NCBI RefSeq assembly: GCF_009914755.1
Contig: NC_060926.1
DNA length: 64,000 nucleotides
Strand: one strand, 5' to 3'
Origin: the human T2T-CHM13v2.0 reference genome, Homo sapiens
Below the pieces are notes generated by a model. That model did not search any database, had not been told where the DNA came from, and saw nothing but the letters and a program-made list of their open reading frames with translations. This document shows positions 46,257 to 61,318 of this stretch, piece after piece; position 1 is the first letter of the stretch, and each line of letters opens with the position of its first letter. A program made the position numbers and the translations under genes.

Positions 46257-48970
46257 TTACTTTTTCATGTTATCAGTGACATTCTGGTGTGAACACAAAG
46301 AATGTAAAATCTCTTTGCCTTTTTGTGATTTGGAAATAGCTCTTGAATCCCTGGTCTTAAATCTTCACTCTGTTTCATCCAGTTTTTGCCACCCTCCTAT
46401 CCTGCCAGGTGAGTCTGCCCTTAGTTGGGTATGTACTTAACTAGAGAGCAGCTCTAGATCCCTGGAGGGAAGCCCAGGCTCCTCCCAAGTGACTGCACAC
46501 AGTGAGTCGGCTGCATCACACCAGGAATACCATTGAGCAATAGGAGACTTCCCAGCACTGGTGACTCCATCTCAGTTGCTTAAGAAGAGTGGGGAAATGA
46601 CTGGTGTATTTTTTTTTTCATAGCATTTGTAACTGTTTTTCTTCCAAAGAAAAGTCTTCATGATGTCAAACATCATTCAGAATATAGGATGTATTCTATT
46701 ATGGGTTTGAATTCAGTTCATTTATCCTTCTTTATTGCCCTGAATACTAAAGAGCATCATTTGAAAAAGAACCTATGGAATTGTGAAGTTTGCTGCTTTT
46801 TATGTGACTGTGACTGAATGGGTCTTGTTAAGCCCAAAGTGACTCAAAGGGCATGACCTGTGTATAACTCTCTGGTGATTATATACAGGATTGAAAATCC
46901 TCCAAGCCTGCTTTTAAAGTTGTAGCACAGCAGTTTTAGACATAGAAAGGCTGGTTTTCCATCTTGTCATACAGGTAAGAATGAAGTTTTTTATTTTTAT
47001 TTAAAAAAAGCCCTGGTTATGATACTCTTGGGGTAAAAATGCACTGAATTAAGCAGCATTTTGTTTTGTTTTTGACTCAGTCAAGATCCTGGGATCATGA
47101 ACCTTTTATACTTTTGATAACTGAGATTGAAAACTCTCCTTCGTTTTCTTTATAATCAGAGCCTGAAACAATTAGCAGGCAAGGGAAGTTCTCCCTACAT
47201 CTTTCCTGAAAGATCTAGCTGTTTTGACGTTATAGATTTGTAAATACTGTTTTAGGAGTTTCTAAATCAATAATTTCTCCTTGCGTTCACATTCTGCTGC
47301 CAAGTACAATAGTTCTGGACTCTGTAGTGATAAAGATAAGAGGTATGCTGCACTGAGGAGACCCTGGTTCTTTTGTTGTGGATATTTATGATACTGGCCC
47401 TGGCCTAGGAATGGAGCTTGTGTGCAATGTGGCCCCACTACTGAGTACCAGGGGTCCATCTGTCAGCACACAGCAAAGAAGCACCTACCGTAGCTTTCAG
47501 GTCGAATAATGGGTATTGAATGTGGACTTGGCAAAAGGCTGGCTCATCTGTAGAGGTGACTTTGGAAATACATGGCAAAATGTATTGGGTAGAAAATTGG
47601 AAATAGAGGGTTTAAGGTTAAGTAAGCCTTTCATCCTTGCTTAATCCTAAAACCCTACATTTAAGTACACGGCAAAGAAAACGTACAATGCAAAGGCAAG
47701 GGCATGCTTGAAGAATGCAAAGCAGCAAAGGATTCTCAAGAAATTGTGCTCATGTAATTGCCTTGGGCAACAGTGCCTACAAAGAGGCAAAGTGCAGCTG
47801 TCCAAATCCTCATTCTTGAAGTTTAAATCCACAGTGAACTAGTGAACATAACTCTGAACTGTGCTTCCTACTGCAATTATATAATTGATTGACTGTTACT
47901 CTTATGAAATGTACCCTAAGTAACCCTTAAGCATGTAAAAGAGCAGAATGAATACTGAAGCAAATTCATACCTCCCGGCATTTTACTCTTCTCACTGTAC
48001 GGTTCAGGGTTAACATTTGCTAACATAGGCTCTCCATAATTATTTAAACACACTGAATATCATTATCATCAAATACTGTTCATTCATCCTTTAAATGTTA
48101 GTGCTTCCTATATATAGGGTATCTGACTTTTCTCACTCATGTGGTATTATACTAGATATTTTATAAGAGGAGCAAAGTAGGAAAGGCTCTTCTAAAGGGT
48201 AGCAGACCATAGGAGCAGACACAAGAAGGGAGAGGAGCATTATGTAATAAAATGCTGAACCACATGCATACCGAGTAGGTTGAAGTCCATCTAGAGCCCA
48301 CGTGATTTCCAGTATCCACATCTTTAGTCTCATAGCTTCTCAGAACCTATGGCCTTCTGTAAGAGTAACCTGAATGAACGCTGGTTTGTTCCAGAGCCGT
48401 ATCGGGAGAAAATCACAGGTCAGTGGTTAACTAAATGAGTTTTTATATGCCTACCGTAGTCCTGGGAAGGTAAGGAAAGAGCTTCACTTTTTCCTGACCC
48501 AATCCTAGGGAGAATCTTTCCATGCAAATAAATATTTTAAATTTCGTAGTCATATGTTCTTATATATATTACATATAACATGCCTGTACTGCTTTTTCTG
48601 ATTATAAAAATTACATAGACTTATTGTAAAGAATTTGGGAAACAAAAAAAATTACGATCCCTATTCTTTCTGCCACGTAGAAATAGATGACCACAATAAT
48701 GTTTTCTTTCTTCCTTGCCTTTTTTCTATACACATAATTTTTATTTTTCAAAAATGTAGGATCATCTCCTATATTCTTGAACTTTGGGGGAATATAGTGA
48801 CCCTGGATCATATTGGCATTTTGGAGATGCAGTTTTTGGAGAGAGCCTTGGACCTTGGATGTAGAGTGCAGTGAAGAGATGGCTTCAGCTGAGTGACTGG
48901 ATGAACCACTCTTCTTTCTCTTACTGCCACACTCTGATGAAATGATAGACTCCTACAATTGATGAGGACC

Positions 48971-49291
<321 letters not shown>

Positions 49292-49989
49292 TCAGGGTCC
49301 GTGGAGTAGTTATATGCTTAAATACCACACACACTAGAGGACTTGAAGGAGTAATTGACATTCATGGGCAAAAGAAGTGTACCTTGTGTCAGTGCCACAT
49401 CACATGCAGAAGCATGGACCCCGCTGAGACACAATCTTGCTGCTAGGTGGAGGGAAGTAGCTGTTGACAATCAGAGAGAAAAGCCTGTTCTGAGTATAAG
49501 ATGTAAGTGGAACCTGCCAGCCTTATGATGTGGGGCTTCATAAACGATTGCTTTCATTCTATACCCATCAACAGGTTGTTGTTGGTATCTTTGCTTTCTT
49601 TCACAAAAATAAGTGAACTCAATTTTATTTTTACAATATTTATCACAAATACATATAGAGTACATAAATGGAATACAAAAGGTGTAAAACAAGCTTTTTA
49701 ACTTTTAGGTTTAGGGGTACGTGTGCAGGTTTGTAACATGGGTAAATTGTGTGTCATGGGCAGTTAGTTGTACAGATTATTTTATCACCCAGGTAATAAG
49801 CATAGTACCCTATAGGTAGTTTTTCAATCCTCACCCTCCTCCCACCCTCCACCTTCAAGTAGATCCCTGTGTCTATTGTTTCCTACTTTGTGTCCATGTG
49901 TACTTAGTGTTTAGCTCCTACTTTTAAGTGAGAATATGTTGTATCTGGTTTTCTGTTCCTGCCTTTGCTCACTTAGGATAATGGCCTCC

Positions 49990-50180
49990 AGCTCCATCCA
50001 TGTTTCTGCAAAGGACATAATCTTGTTCTTTTTTATGGCTGCATAATATTCCTAGCTCCATCCATGTTACTGCAAATGACACAATCTTGTTCTTTTTTAT
50101 GGCTGCATGGTATTCCTAGCTCCATCCATGTTTCTGCAAAGGACATGATCTTGTTCTTTTTTATGGCTGCATAGTATTCC
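49990..50180. repeat. Three tandem 64-bp units inside the L1
   Basis: agctccatccatgtt.ctgcaaa.gaca..atcttgttcttttttatggctgcat..tattcc starts at 49990, 50054 and 50118. Confidence 0.95.
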
Positions 50181-50481
50181 ATGGTATGTATGTACCACAT
50201 TTTCTTTATCCAGTCTACCTTTGATGGGCATTTAGGTTGATTCCATGTCTTTGCTATTGTGAATAGTGCTGGGACGAACATGTGTCTTTATGGTAGAATG
50301 ATTTATATTCCCTTGGGTTTCCCCCATTATATTCCATTACCCAGTAATGGAATGTAAGTATGGAATATAAGTAATAGAATTGCTGGATTGAATGCTAGTT
50401 CTGTTTTAAGTTCTTTGAGAAATCTCCAAACTGCCTTTCATAATGGCTAAACTAATTTACATTCCCACCAGCAGTGTATGA

Positions 50482-50870
<389 letters not shown>

Positions 50871-51725
50871 TAGAGATGTTGGGCATTTTTCCATATGCTT
50901 GTTGGCCGCATGTATGTCTTCTTTTGAAAAGTGTCTATGCATGTTCTTTGCCTACTTTTTAATGGGGTTGTTTTTTGCTTGTAAACTTTTTTAAGTTCCT
51001 TATAGATTCTGGACATTAGACCTGTGTGAGATGCATAGTTTGCAAATATTTTCTCCCATTCTGTAGACTGTTTACTCTGTTGACAGTTTCTTTTGCTGTG
51101 CACAAGCTCTTCAGTTTAATTAGTCCCATTTGTCGATGTTTGCAAAACAAGCTTTAAAGACACAGAATCTTTTAAGGAGTCTATGGCAGCTCTCCAAAAT
51201 TAAATAAACAAAATAAAATTTGGGATTAGGTTGAAAAAAAGTTTTGAATTGAAGGAAAAGAGTCCTTCTGAAGATGGAGATATTTTTTAACTGTTGGAAA
51301 TACTTCAAAGGAAGATAATTAAAACTATGATATTTAACTTCTTTTAATATCTCTGAATCAGTCGTTTGGAACCTGTGTGTTAGTCGATGTCTGGAAACAT
51401 GGCAAACTGAGCTAATGGCTCGTTTTCCCCTGTAAACTTATAGAAATGCCGATAAAACAAACAACAAAATACTCACGACCTCCCAGGTTAATCAACAAAC
51501 TAAAACTTCTGTAATTTTTCTGATAAAGGAAAGAGGAAAGGAGAAAGGAACTGGCCCCAGCTGGAAACAATAAGAGCAGGCAAACAATAATCTGTAGAGA
51601 CATTTTGGTACCCTAATAGGACATGACTATTAGACATTTTTATGAATAGATCTTGATTCCTCCGTTTATATCTCAGATTGGGGCCCTTTATTTTATGGAG
51701 AATCTTAGAGCCTGAGTTAAAATTG

Positions 51726-52022
<297 letters not shown>

Positions 52023-52159
52023 TTAGATCCTCCAAGTCCTAGTTTGGAAAATTACATGTTTATCTTATGGATACTTAGACCGTAGTTTGTATAACTTTAA
52101 GATGACTATTGAATACATAGACTCTGATCACTCATCTCTGCAAAAATTTAGAATACCAT

Positions 52160-52990
52160 TTTTTAAACTTTTGTATTGTGGTAAAATATGCATAGCATAA
52201 AATTTGCTATTTCAGCGTAATTAAGTGTATAATTCAGTGGATTTATTTGTTTATTTAGACAGGGTCTCACTCTGTTGCCCAGGCTGGAATGCAGTGGCAC
52301 AGTCACAACTCACTGCAGCTTTGACCTCCTGGGCTCAAGCCATCCTACTGCCTCAGCCTCCTGAGTAGCTGGGACCACAGGCATGTGCCAGAACACCTGG
52401 CTAATTTTTTATTTTTAGTAGAGACAAGGTCTCACTATGTTGCCCAAGCTGATCCCAAACTCCTGAGTTCAAGTGCTTCTCTTCTCCTGCCTCAGCCTCC
52501 CAAAATGCTAGGATTACAGGCATGAGTCCCCGTGCCTGGCCAGTGGCATTTATTATAGTCACAGTGTTGTGCACCCATCACCACTGTCTGTTTACAAAAA
52601 TTTTCATCACCCCAAACAGAAACGCTGTACCCATTAAGCAATAACTCCTCATTTTCTCCTCCCATCAGCCCCTGGTTACAACCTCTAATCTGCTTTCTTT
52701 ATTGCTGAATGTGTCTGTTCAAGATAGTTCATATAAGTAGAATCATACAGTATCTGCCCTTTTGTGCCTGGCATATTTTACTTAGCGTAATATTTTCAAG
52801 GCCCATTCATGATGCAGTGCATATCCAAACTTAATTCCTATTTACAGCAGAAATAATGTTTCATTGTTTTTATATATAGCCTCACATTTTATCTGTCAGT
52901 TGATAAACACTTTGGTTGTTTTTACCTTTTGTTTATTGTGAATAATGCTGCTTTGGACATTGGGTCCAAGTATCTGTTTGACTCCCTAGA
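52160..52990 (-). mobile_element. L1MB 3' end, split by an AluJ
   Basis: attgtggtaaaatat...ttttcatcaccccaaacagaaac.ctgtacccattaagca.taactcc. Confidence 0.85.
52241..52541 (-). mobile_element. AluJ
   Basis: actgcagctttgacctcctgggctcaagc, TSD cagtgg.atttatt. Confidence 0.93.
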
Positions 52991-53385
52991 AAAGCATTTT
53001 GCACACTGAGAAATGTGTAGATCTTTTATATAGAAAATTTTAGTCTTCCAGATTTCACATGTTGACTGAAATTATTTCTGCGTAACTTAAATATACATAA
53101 ACATAAAACTAAGAATTAACTCCTTATAACTCTCATATACAGGTAAATTCAAAACCAATTTTTCAATTAAACAAAAATAAAATCAATACAGTTTAAATTA
53201 ACGATTGTTATCCAATTATATTTACTGAAAATAAATGGCTTATGTTGGTTTTAATAGTGTAAAAAGATATACTTTTGTATGATGGACCATTATTTTAGCT
53301 TTCATCATTTTCATGTTTTCCTTTTAACAGTGAACACGTTTTTAAACCACTAATCCATTATTTTGATGCGCAGCTCATTTGCTAG

Positions 53386-53785
<400 letters not shown>

Positions 53786-54631
53786 AACAGTTTTTTTTTT
53801 AATGAGCTCTTGCAAGCAGGTGCCTATAAAGGCAAAATCCAGAGAGTATATCTGCTTGCTGTCAGAGGGTGATTGCAACAACACAGGTTTTAATAATTTG
53901 GTTAACCTCACACTTGTTTTTATTGGAGCTTATTTGAATTGCTGACATCATGATGTCATTTGACCTTCATTTATTACAAACATATCACTTACTTATTCAG
54001 TCTGCCTCTGTTTACTGTTGGCCCATTTCCATGAAATCAGTACAGCACTCTAAAATAACATGTTGTTTTTATTATGTTAAATCAGATTCTTAGTTTATTA
54101 TATAAGAACCTAAAATCTTATTTCATGAAAATGTCATTTACTTGGAAATAAAACTGCAAATTTTTTTGCAAAAAATATGAGCACAACAAGGGGATAGAGG
54201 ATAATGATTGTTATTTTGACATTAGCATTTGCCAGCCTAACAGCTGTTAGACATGCTTACCGGCACCTGAAATGATCAATCCTATCTCCTCAAGATATCA
54301 CTTGGCAATATCTTAAATATAAACATGGAAACTAGCTGGCACACTGAAAATCCCATCATGCTGCATTGTAAAGTGGTCATCCAAGGATTCAGAATATACT
54401 TGTATTTATTCTTTATTGATAGAAAAATCTTTAATGATCACAAAATTCAGGTGCCCCAAAGAATATTCCGAAGGATAACACTGCCTCAGTTTGACAAATA
54501 CTGGTTCAAACATTAACTCTATTGCTTTACTCACATTGAACTTTAATGCTTTATTCACAAACAGTTGGTCCTACCACTTAAAATGGGGGCTTTGTGATTT
54601 CCAAACTGCACATACATTCTATTTTTACAAA

Positions 54632-54716
54632 AAACTTTATTTATTATTTCTAATAATAATAAATAAACTTTATTTCTAATAATAATAAATAAACTTTATT
54701 ATTATTTATTATTATA
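54632..54716. repeat. AT-rich direct and inverted repeat
   Basis: ttatttctaataataataaataaacttt occurs twice; tttatttattatt and aataataaataaa are reverse complements. Confidence 0.85.
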
Positions 54717-56008
54717 GTAAGAAGTAGGGTTGCCATGTGGATGAATAGTTGTGTTGCACAAATAATACATCTTCTTCCTAGTTGAGAAACTAAACTATGA
54801 GAAGAAGGTTGCTTGATGAACACAGACCCCTCTATACACACGAGGCACTCAATAAGTATTAAGGAATTGTTTGATTAAGCAGCGATAGCCCCCTTTGACA
54901 CATGTATTACTATAAGAAAACACTGTCAAATCAAGCTTGATAAGCGTCTCATGCAATCAATGATATTCTTTATCTCAATTTCATATTGACCCTATGCCGA
55001 CCCTCAAACTTGTTTTCCACCTAGTTACACCACCTTCAAAACCAGTTTCGCAGCTGTTTTTAATGAAATCCCAACTCTTATCCTATGAAAAAAACTGATT
55101 AGCAAATAACACTAATTCATAGTGTACACATTCCCAAAGGGGAGTCCCTTTCTGACCAAAGTGTCTCCATTTTCATTAACTGCTGACATTCTTCTTGATG
55201 ATCCTCTTTCTGGGGTGGGGACTTATAAATCTCCAGTCTACTTACTGCCAGTAATATGCCTTTCATTGAAAAATACTGAATATTTTCTATATTTAACTTA
55301 CGTGATTTTATACCTCATATTTATAATTCTTGATTAGCCATATTTTATCTCCATAAAAGTCATAAAATATTGATGAATATAAGATTTATGTAGAGATCAT
55401 CTTTCTATTGACATTAGCAGATATATATTATAGTATCTGGTTTTTTTGTTTTAAAAATTAAGTTTAATAAATACAACTTATTTTTACCATGTCACTCTTC
55501 AGTACCACTTTCTAATATTTAACACGTTTCAAAATGTATAAATACGGCCTCCTATCAAATCACCACTGAAGGTCAAGAATCTACCTTTATATGTTTATAG
55601 TACCTTGCATACAGAAGGAGAACAATAATATATTTTGCATAAATGATTAGATAAATAAGTGGGTATTACCTGAATACCCACTTATTATTGACTCATCTAA
55701 CCAACAGAAGTTCAGTCTGGCTGTAGCCTCTCAGAACAGACATTTTGCAAAATATATATATTGGACTATTAGGAAGAGGACCTTCACTGTAAATAAATGG
55801 GGTATCTCTTCAGTCATTCTCCTCCATTATCAGTCAGGTGGGCTTGCTAGCAAGCGCCTCTTTTATCGCTTCTTCAACCCCATTTTCTTTTTAAATTTTC
55901 AGAAAGCTTCAGTAGAAATGTTTCAACTTTCAAGAAAGACAGCTTTAGCAGAATCACATATTTGTTGGGCACATATATACCTTTGTAAATGTACATAGAA
56001 GAAAACTA

Positions 56009-56299
<291 letters not shown>

Positions 56300-56339
56300 T
56301 GAGTAGGAAGCCTGTTTTATTTGACTATTATAAATGTGA

Positions 56340-56504
<165 letters not shown>

Positions 56505-57274
56505 TAGCTTTAGATTCCTTAATATGCTAAAATGCTTAATATTAGGCTCAGTTATGAATTGTGTGTTACTGTCAGATGTCACTTTTGTTGCTATAAAGCA
56601 TTAATAAAACTGATTATATCAATATAATTAAGAATAGTGTTTCCACTTCTACCCATGTTTAATTGTGCTAATTATATCTGCGTAAATGCTATTTAAATGC
56701 ACTCGCAGCTGCAATACCAATATTTCAAGGTGCCGTTTAACTAAAATTTCATTTAATTAGCTGAAATGAAACATGTTTTTTGTAACTCTGTGACCTTTTA
56801 TAAATTAAGATTTCTTGAGCTATTCATGTTGTAATTCTTTGCAAGGCATTTTAATCCCATTAGAGCATTCTTTCTTCAAGGTCTCTGACATAAGAACAAT
56901 ATTTTTCAGGTTTGGTCAACTAAGTTGGTAATGACCTTGATCTAAATTATCACATAATTTGGAGCAGCAGTTTATAACTGACAGAAATACGCTTTCTAAA
57001 AAGCAGCACATAGAAAGTTTTGCCACATGAAAATACAGAAAGACACATATCTTCAATACTTTATGCTCATATTTGTATAATCCACTGAATAGCTTGTAGG
57101 TCTATAATCGGTTTTACAACAAATAACTTTGATCTTTATCTTGGCAAATCTTTGATTAAAACAAAGTCAAACAAGAAAACCTTTAAGTATTAGCCACATG
57201 TTCTCGGTAGAGGTGAGAACCTGGATTGTCTTTATAGAAAATAACAACAAAACACCCTCAATAAAAAGGATTGT

Positions 57275-57420
57275 ATTAAGTACTTTCTATAAATTATCTC
57301 ATCTAATACTTAGAGTAATCCTATGAGATCGATAAAATAATTCCTATTTTACTAGTAAGAAACTACATCTCTAACTTAAGCAACTTTTCCATGGTCACCT
57401 AGCTAGTGGTAGAACCAAAG
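57275..57420. mobile_element. MIR
   Basis: attatctcatctaatact...cctattttactag.aagaaact...ggtcacctagctag. Confidence 0.6.
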
Positions 57421-59360
57421 CGGTATAAATTTCTCAGGCTGATTCTCCACAGAAGCTCCTCTTCTATGCAAGCTAGGTTCTGGAAGGCTGTGAGCTGACT
57501 GGTTCTTAAACTCAGAGAGACATGGTTACTGTTATACCATCTTCTGGCGGCAGGTAGTTTAACATGCTTTTACTCTTAGTAGCATTTTAACCTAAGTTAT
57601 TAAGTGGAGGGACTTTTATCCCCAATTCACTGTCTTTAGATTTGTGACTGAAATGGGGCATGTAGCAACTTTTATCTTGAGTCTATATTTCTTATAAATG
57701 TGAATACCCAAGAATGGGTTATATTGTTGGTTGAGGGGGAACCATACCTCACATTTTAAGTCAGATTTCTGATTTAAAGTTAAACCTTTCTCTGACCCAT
57801 ATACCATGTGGCTCCTTTTTTCCGTGTCCATTGTATCTACTTCTTTTTACTAGTTATATTTACTTTTTAAATCTGAATCCAGTGTTCTGATCCTCGTGTG
57901 TGGCTGATGTTATTCCTCCCTAAGAAAGTGTGACACTCCCAAGAGACTAGAAACTCTGTTTCTTATTATATACTCTTGATGTTTAATGCTTTTTGAAAAT
58001 ATTTTTGGCCAACTAATGAGCTATTCATGAAGTTTTCTAGTTTCTTGAGGTGAGGGTGAAGGATAGAAAAGGGAACTTGAGTGGTGATATGAAATTCTTT
58101 CTCCAAGAGTTTACTCTCAGTAGGAAGATATCAAACATTCTTAGCCAGCATATTTCCCCTAGGTCATCTCATCTGAAAGAGGGAGAAAGAATCCAGGAAG
58201 TTTTCTTCCATTCAGTATTTGTATCAGACTAGTCAATCCTTTATTTCATTCATCCCTTTAGCATTCTCTACTCATACTTGCACCTACCCAAATTCTTCAG
58301 TTAAATTGATTAGTTTTTTATGGATCTATATCTCTTTCCCTGTAGAGCCAGTAAGTAAGCAACTGGCTTTACATTGTTTAGTTAACATTAAACCTAAAGA
58401 ATTAAAACAACACAAGTTTCAGATTATGAGGCAGTAGTAGATTGTATATTAATAGCTCTCTTATTGACCTATGAGATTGATTATTAAAGAGACCTGTTAG
58501 GTGAGTTTTAATGTTTTGAATGTATTGATTTGATATGATTATCTTTGTTCCTAGAGATGTTAGTTTTAATTAACTAAGTGCTTGTTTATGTGAGCCTTTC
58601 AGCCTACCTTGTACAGCTATGCTCTGTGCATGGGTAGTAGAAAATATGACAACTGAGTCCAGTTTGGGAGTGAAGAAATCACATGGATTAGTGATGACGA
58701 CACTTACTCTGCCACTGGAAATGAGCACAAATAAGTCTTAGTATGAGGCAGTTAAGAGAGAAACAAAGATAGGTGGGAAAACTGACCTTGATCACCCAGC
58801 CCCAGCCAGATACCCCTCTGTGAACCTTATCATATTTATCAAATAGTGGAGGCTCTGAAGGAGGAAGCTTGGATGGCTTGAATCCATTCAATTTGAGGTA
58901 GTTTTTTTTTTTTTAATAGAAAAGGTTGTTGCAGCAGGCAGCTGTTGTCATTCATGCTGAGAACTTGAAAGAATGATTTATTAGAGTGGTGGAATGGAAT
59001 GAGCAATGGAATGGGAATTGTGAGATGTGAGATCTTGTCTTGATTCTGCCAGAGCTTCATAGATGGGTCACTGATGATCTCTCTCTGTCTCAGTTTTCTC
59101 ATGTGAATGAAGGGACTACAATACATGATCTCTGGGTGTGTATGTGTGTGTATACTTGTGCATGTGTGTTTGCTGAAACTTTTTTATCACAGACATATAA
59201 AACCTGCTTATCAGGGGAGCCAGGGAAGAGACTAAGAGGTAGCTGCCAATTTATTTCCCTTGGAAGGGAAATGAACATCTTTCTCCCAGATCTACAAAGA
59301 AATGGGGTGACAAGAAACTCAGAGTCCAAAGCCAAAAGAAAAGATACAATAATGGATCAT

Positions 59361-59660
<300 letters not shown>

Positions 59661-59721
59661 TGGATCATCTTTTCTTTGATCTTTGGAAACCTCTTCATTC
59701 TGTACTACTCCCATTCTTTTA

Positions 59722-59725
<4 letters not shown>

Positions 59726-59764
<39 letters not shown>
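59726..59764. repeat. (TG)~19 microsatellite
   Basis: Directly visible. Confidence 0.97.
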
Positions 59765-59765
<1 letters not shown>

Positions 59766-60775
59766 TGTGTAAAACATAAATATGTGAGGGCAGGGGGAGC
59801 TCCTGGGAGATGAAGGAAGGAGTTGCTGGATACCAGACCATGTAGCTCTTTTGTAGCAAGCCAGATTGGAGAGGAACCCACACCCAAAGTATCTGGTAAT
59901 CTAAGAGTAAAGAAAGGGTGGCAGACTGGGTTCCAGGGTTCTGGTGAGAAGTGATTTAGGATCCCAGATGCCTGGAAATTGCTTTGTTCTCAGGGGCTGA
60001 TCTCTTAAGTTACCTGTTCTGCGTTAGCCTCTATTACTCGTCTAAGAGAGGAGACTAGTTCTGCATGATTTCTCAGCAGGCCCAAATTCTCATTAAACCC
60101 AGCCAAGGAAAACATACTAATTTTTAAGTGCCCAATCTCATTTCCCTTAACTTGATCTTGATTTATTTTAAGCACAGATACATCTAATTTGCATGTTTTG
60201 ATATTGTGCTAGTCTTTTTTTATTAGTCAATTAGAGACAAGTGTCACATTTTGTTATAACACATTTCAGACATTTGCGTAAATTTATTCTATTAGTTATA
60301 ATTTAAATGAAGCTTGGTCTTGGTGACATTTTATTACAAAGAGATTTCGTGGTAATGGTATTTGTTTCAACAATTCAACAATACTGATACTATGTTTACA
60401 TTTTTCAAAGCCAGCTATTATCACCGTAAAACTCAAAGGGAAGAATCATCTTATAAATGAAAAGGAAATTTTTGCTTAATGTGGTTCTTAATGACTTCAA
60501 AAAAAATGAAACAAATACTTTATACTAAAATCCAGTAAACTACTTTCTACAGAGAAGTGGTTTGAAAAGCATGTAACTATATGTGTATATAGTGAGTCCA
60601 CAATTTCCAATGGGAAAACCAAAAGGATGAAAGAATTAAATGCTTATTTAAAATAGTTAATATGTTAGTTTAGCTATCCACGTACCTAAAGATGACATTT
60701 TATGTGAAATAAAGGTAATAATATTGCCTTTCTTGCAACTTCAAAGTCATGAAACTATTTTATTTAATCATGTAT

Positions 60776-61318
60776 CTTTTTTATTATACTTTAAATTCTG
60801 GGATACATGTGCAGAACGTGCAGGTTTGTTACATAGGTATACATGTGCCATGGTGGTTTGTTGCACCCATCAACCTGTCATCTACATTAGGTATTTTTCC
60901 TAATGCTCTCCCTCCCCTAGCATTAAATAAACGCCCCCGACAGGCCCTGGTGTGTGATGTTCCCCTCCCTGTGTCCATGTGTTCTCATTGTTCAACTCGC
61001 ACTTATGAGTGAGAACATGTGGTGTTTGGTTTTCTGTTCCTGTGTTAGTTTGCTGAGAATGATGGTTTCAGTTTCATCCATGTCCCTGCAAAGGACATGA
61101 ACTCATCCTTTTTTATGGCTGCATAGTATTCCATGTTGTATATGTGCCACATTTTCTTTATCCAGTCTATCATTGATGGGCATTTGGGTTGGTTCCAAGT
61201 CATTGTTATTGTGAATAGTGCCGCAATAAACATATGTGTGTGTGTGTCTTTATAGTAGAATGATTTATAATCCTTTGGGTATATACCCAGTAATGGGATT
61301 GCTGGGTCAAATGGTATT
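60776..61318 (-). mobile_element. L1PA (about L1PA7/8) 3' end, ~540 bp, 5'-truncated
   Basis: ttattatactttaa.ttctgggatacatgtgcagaacgtgcagg; ORF 61045-61233 MFIAALFTI..TWNQPKCPSMIDWIKKMWHIY. Confidence 0.95.

Noticed and set aside
49990-50180. CRISPR-like array
   Set aside because: Head-to-tail units without unique spacers, inside an L1 in a mammalian genome; no cas genes.
58990-59020. (GGAAT)n satellite III-like sequence
   Set aside because: Only about four imperfect units.
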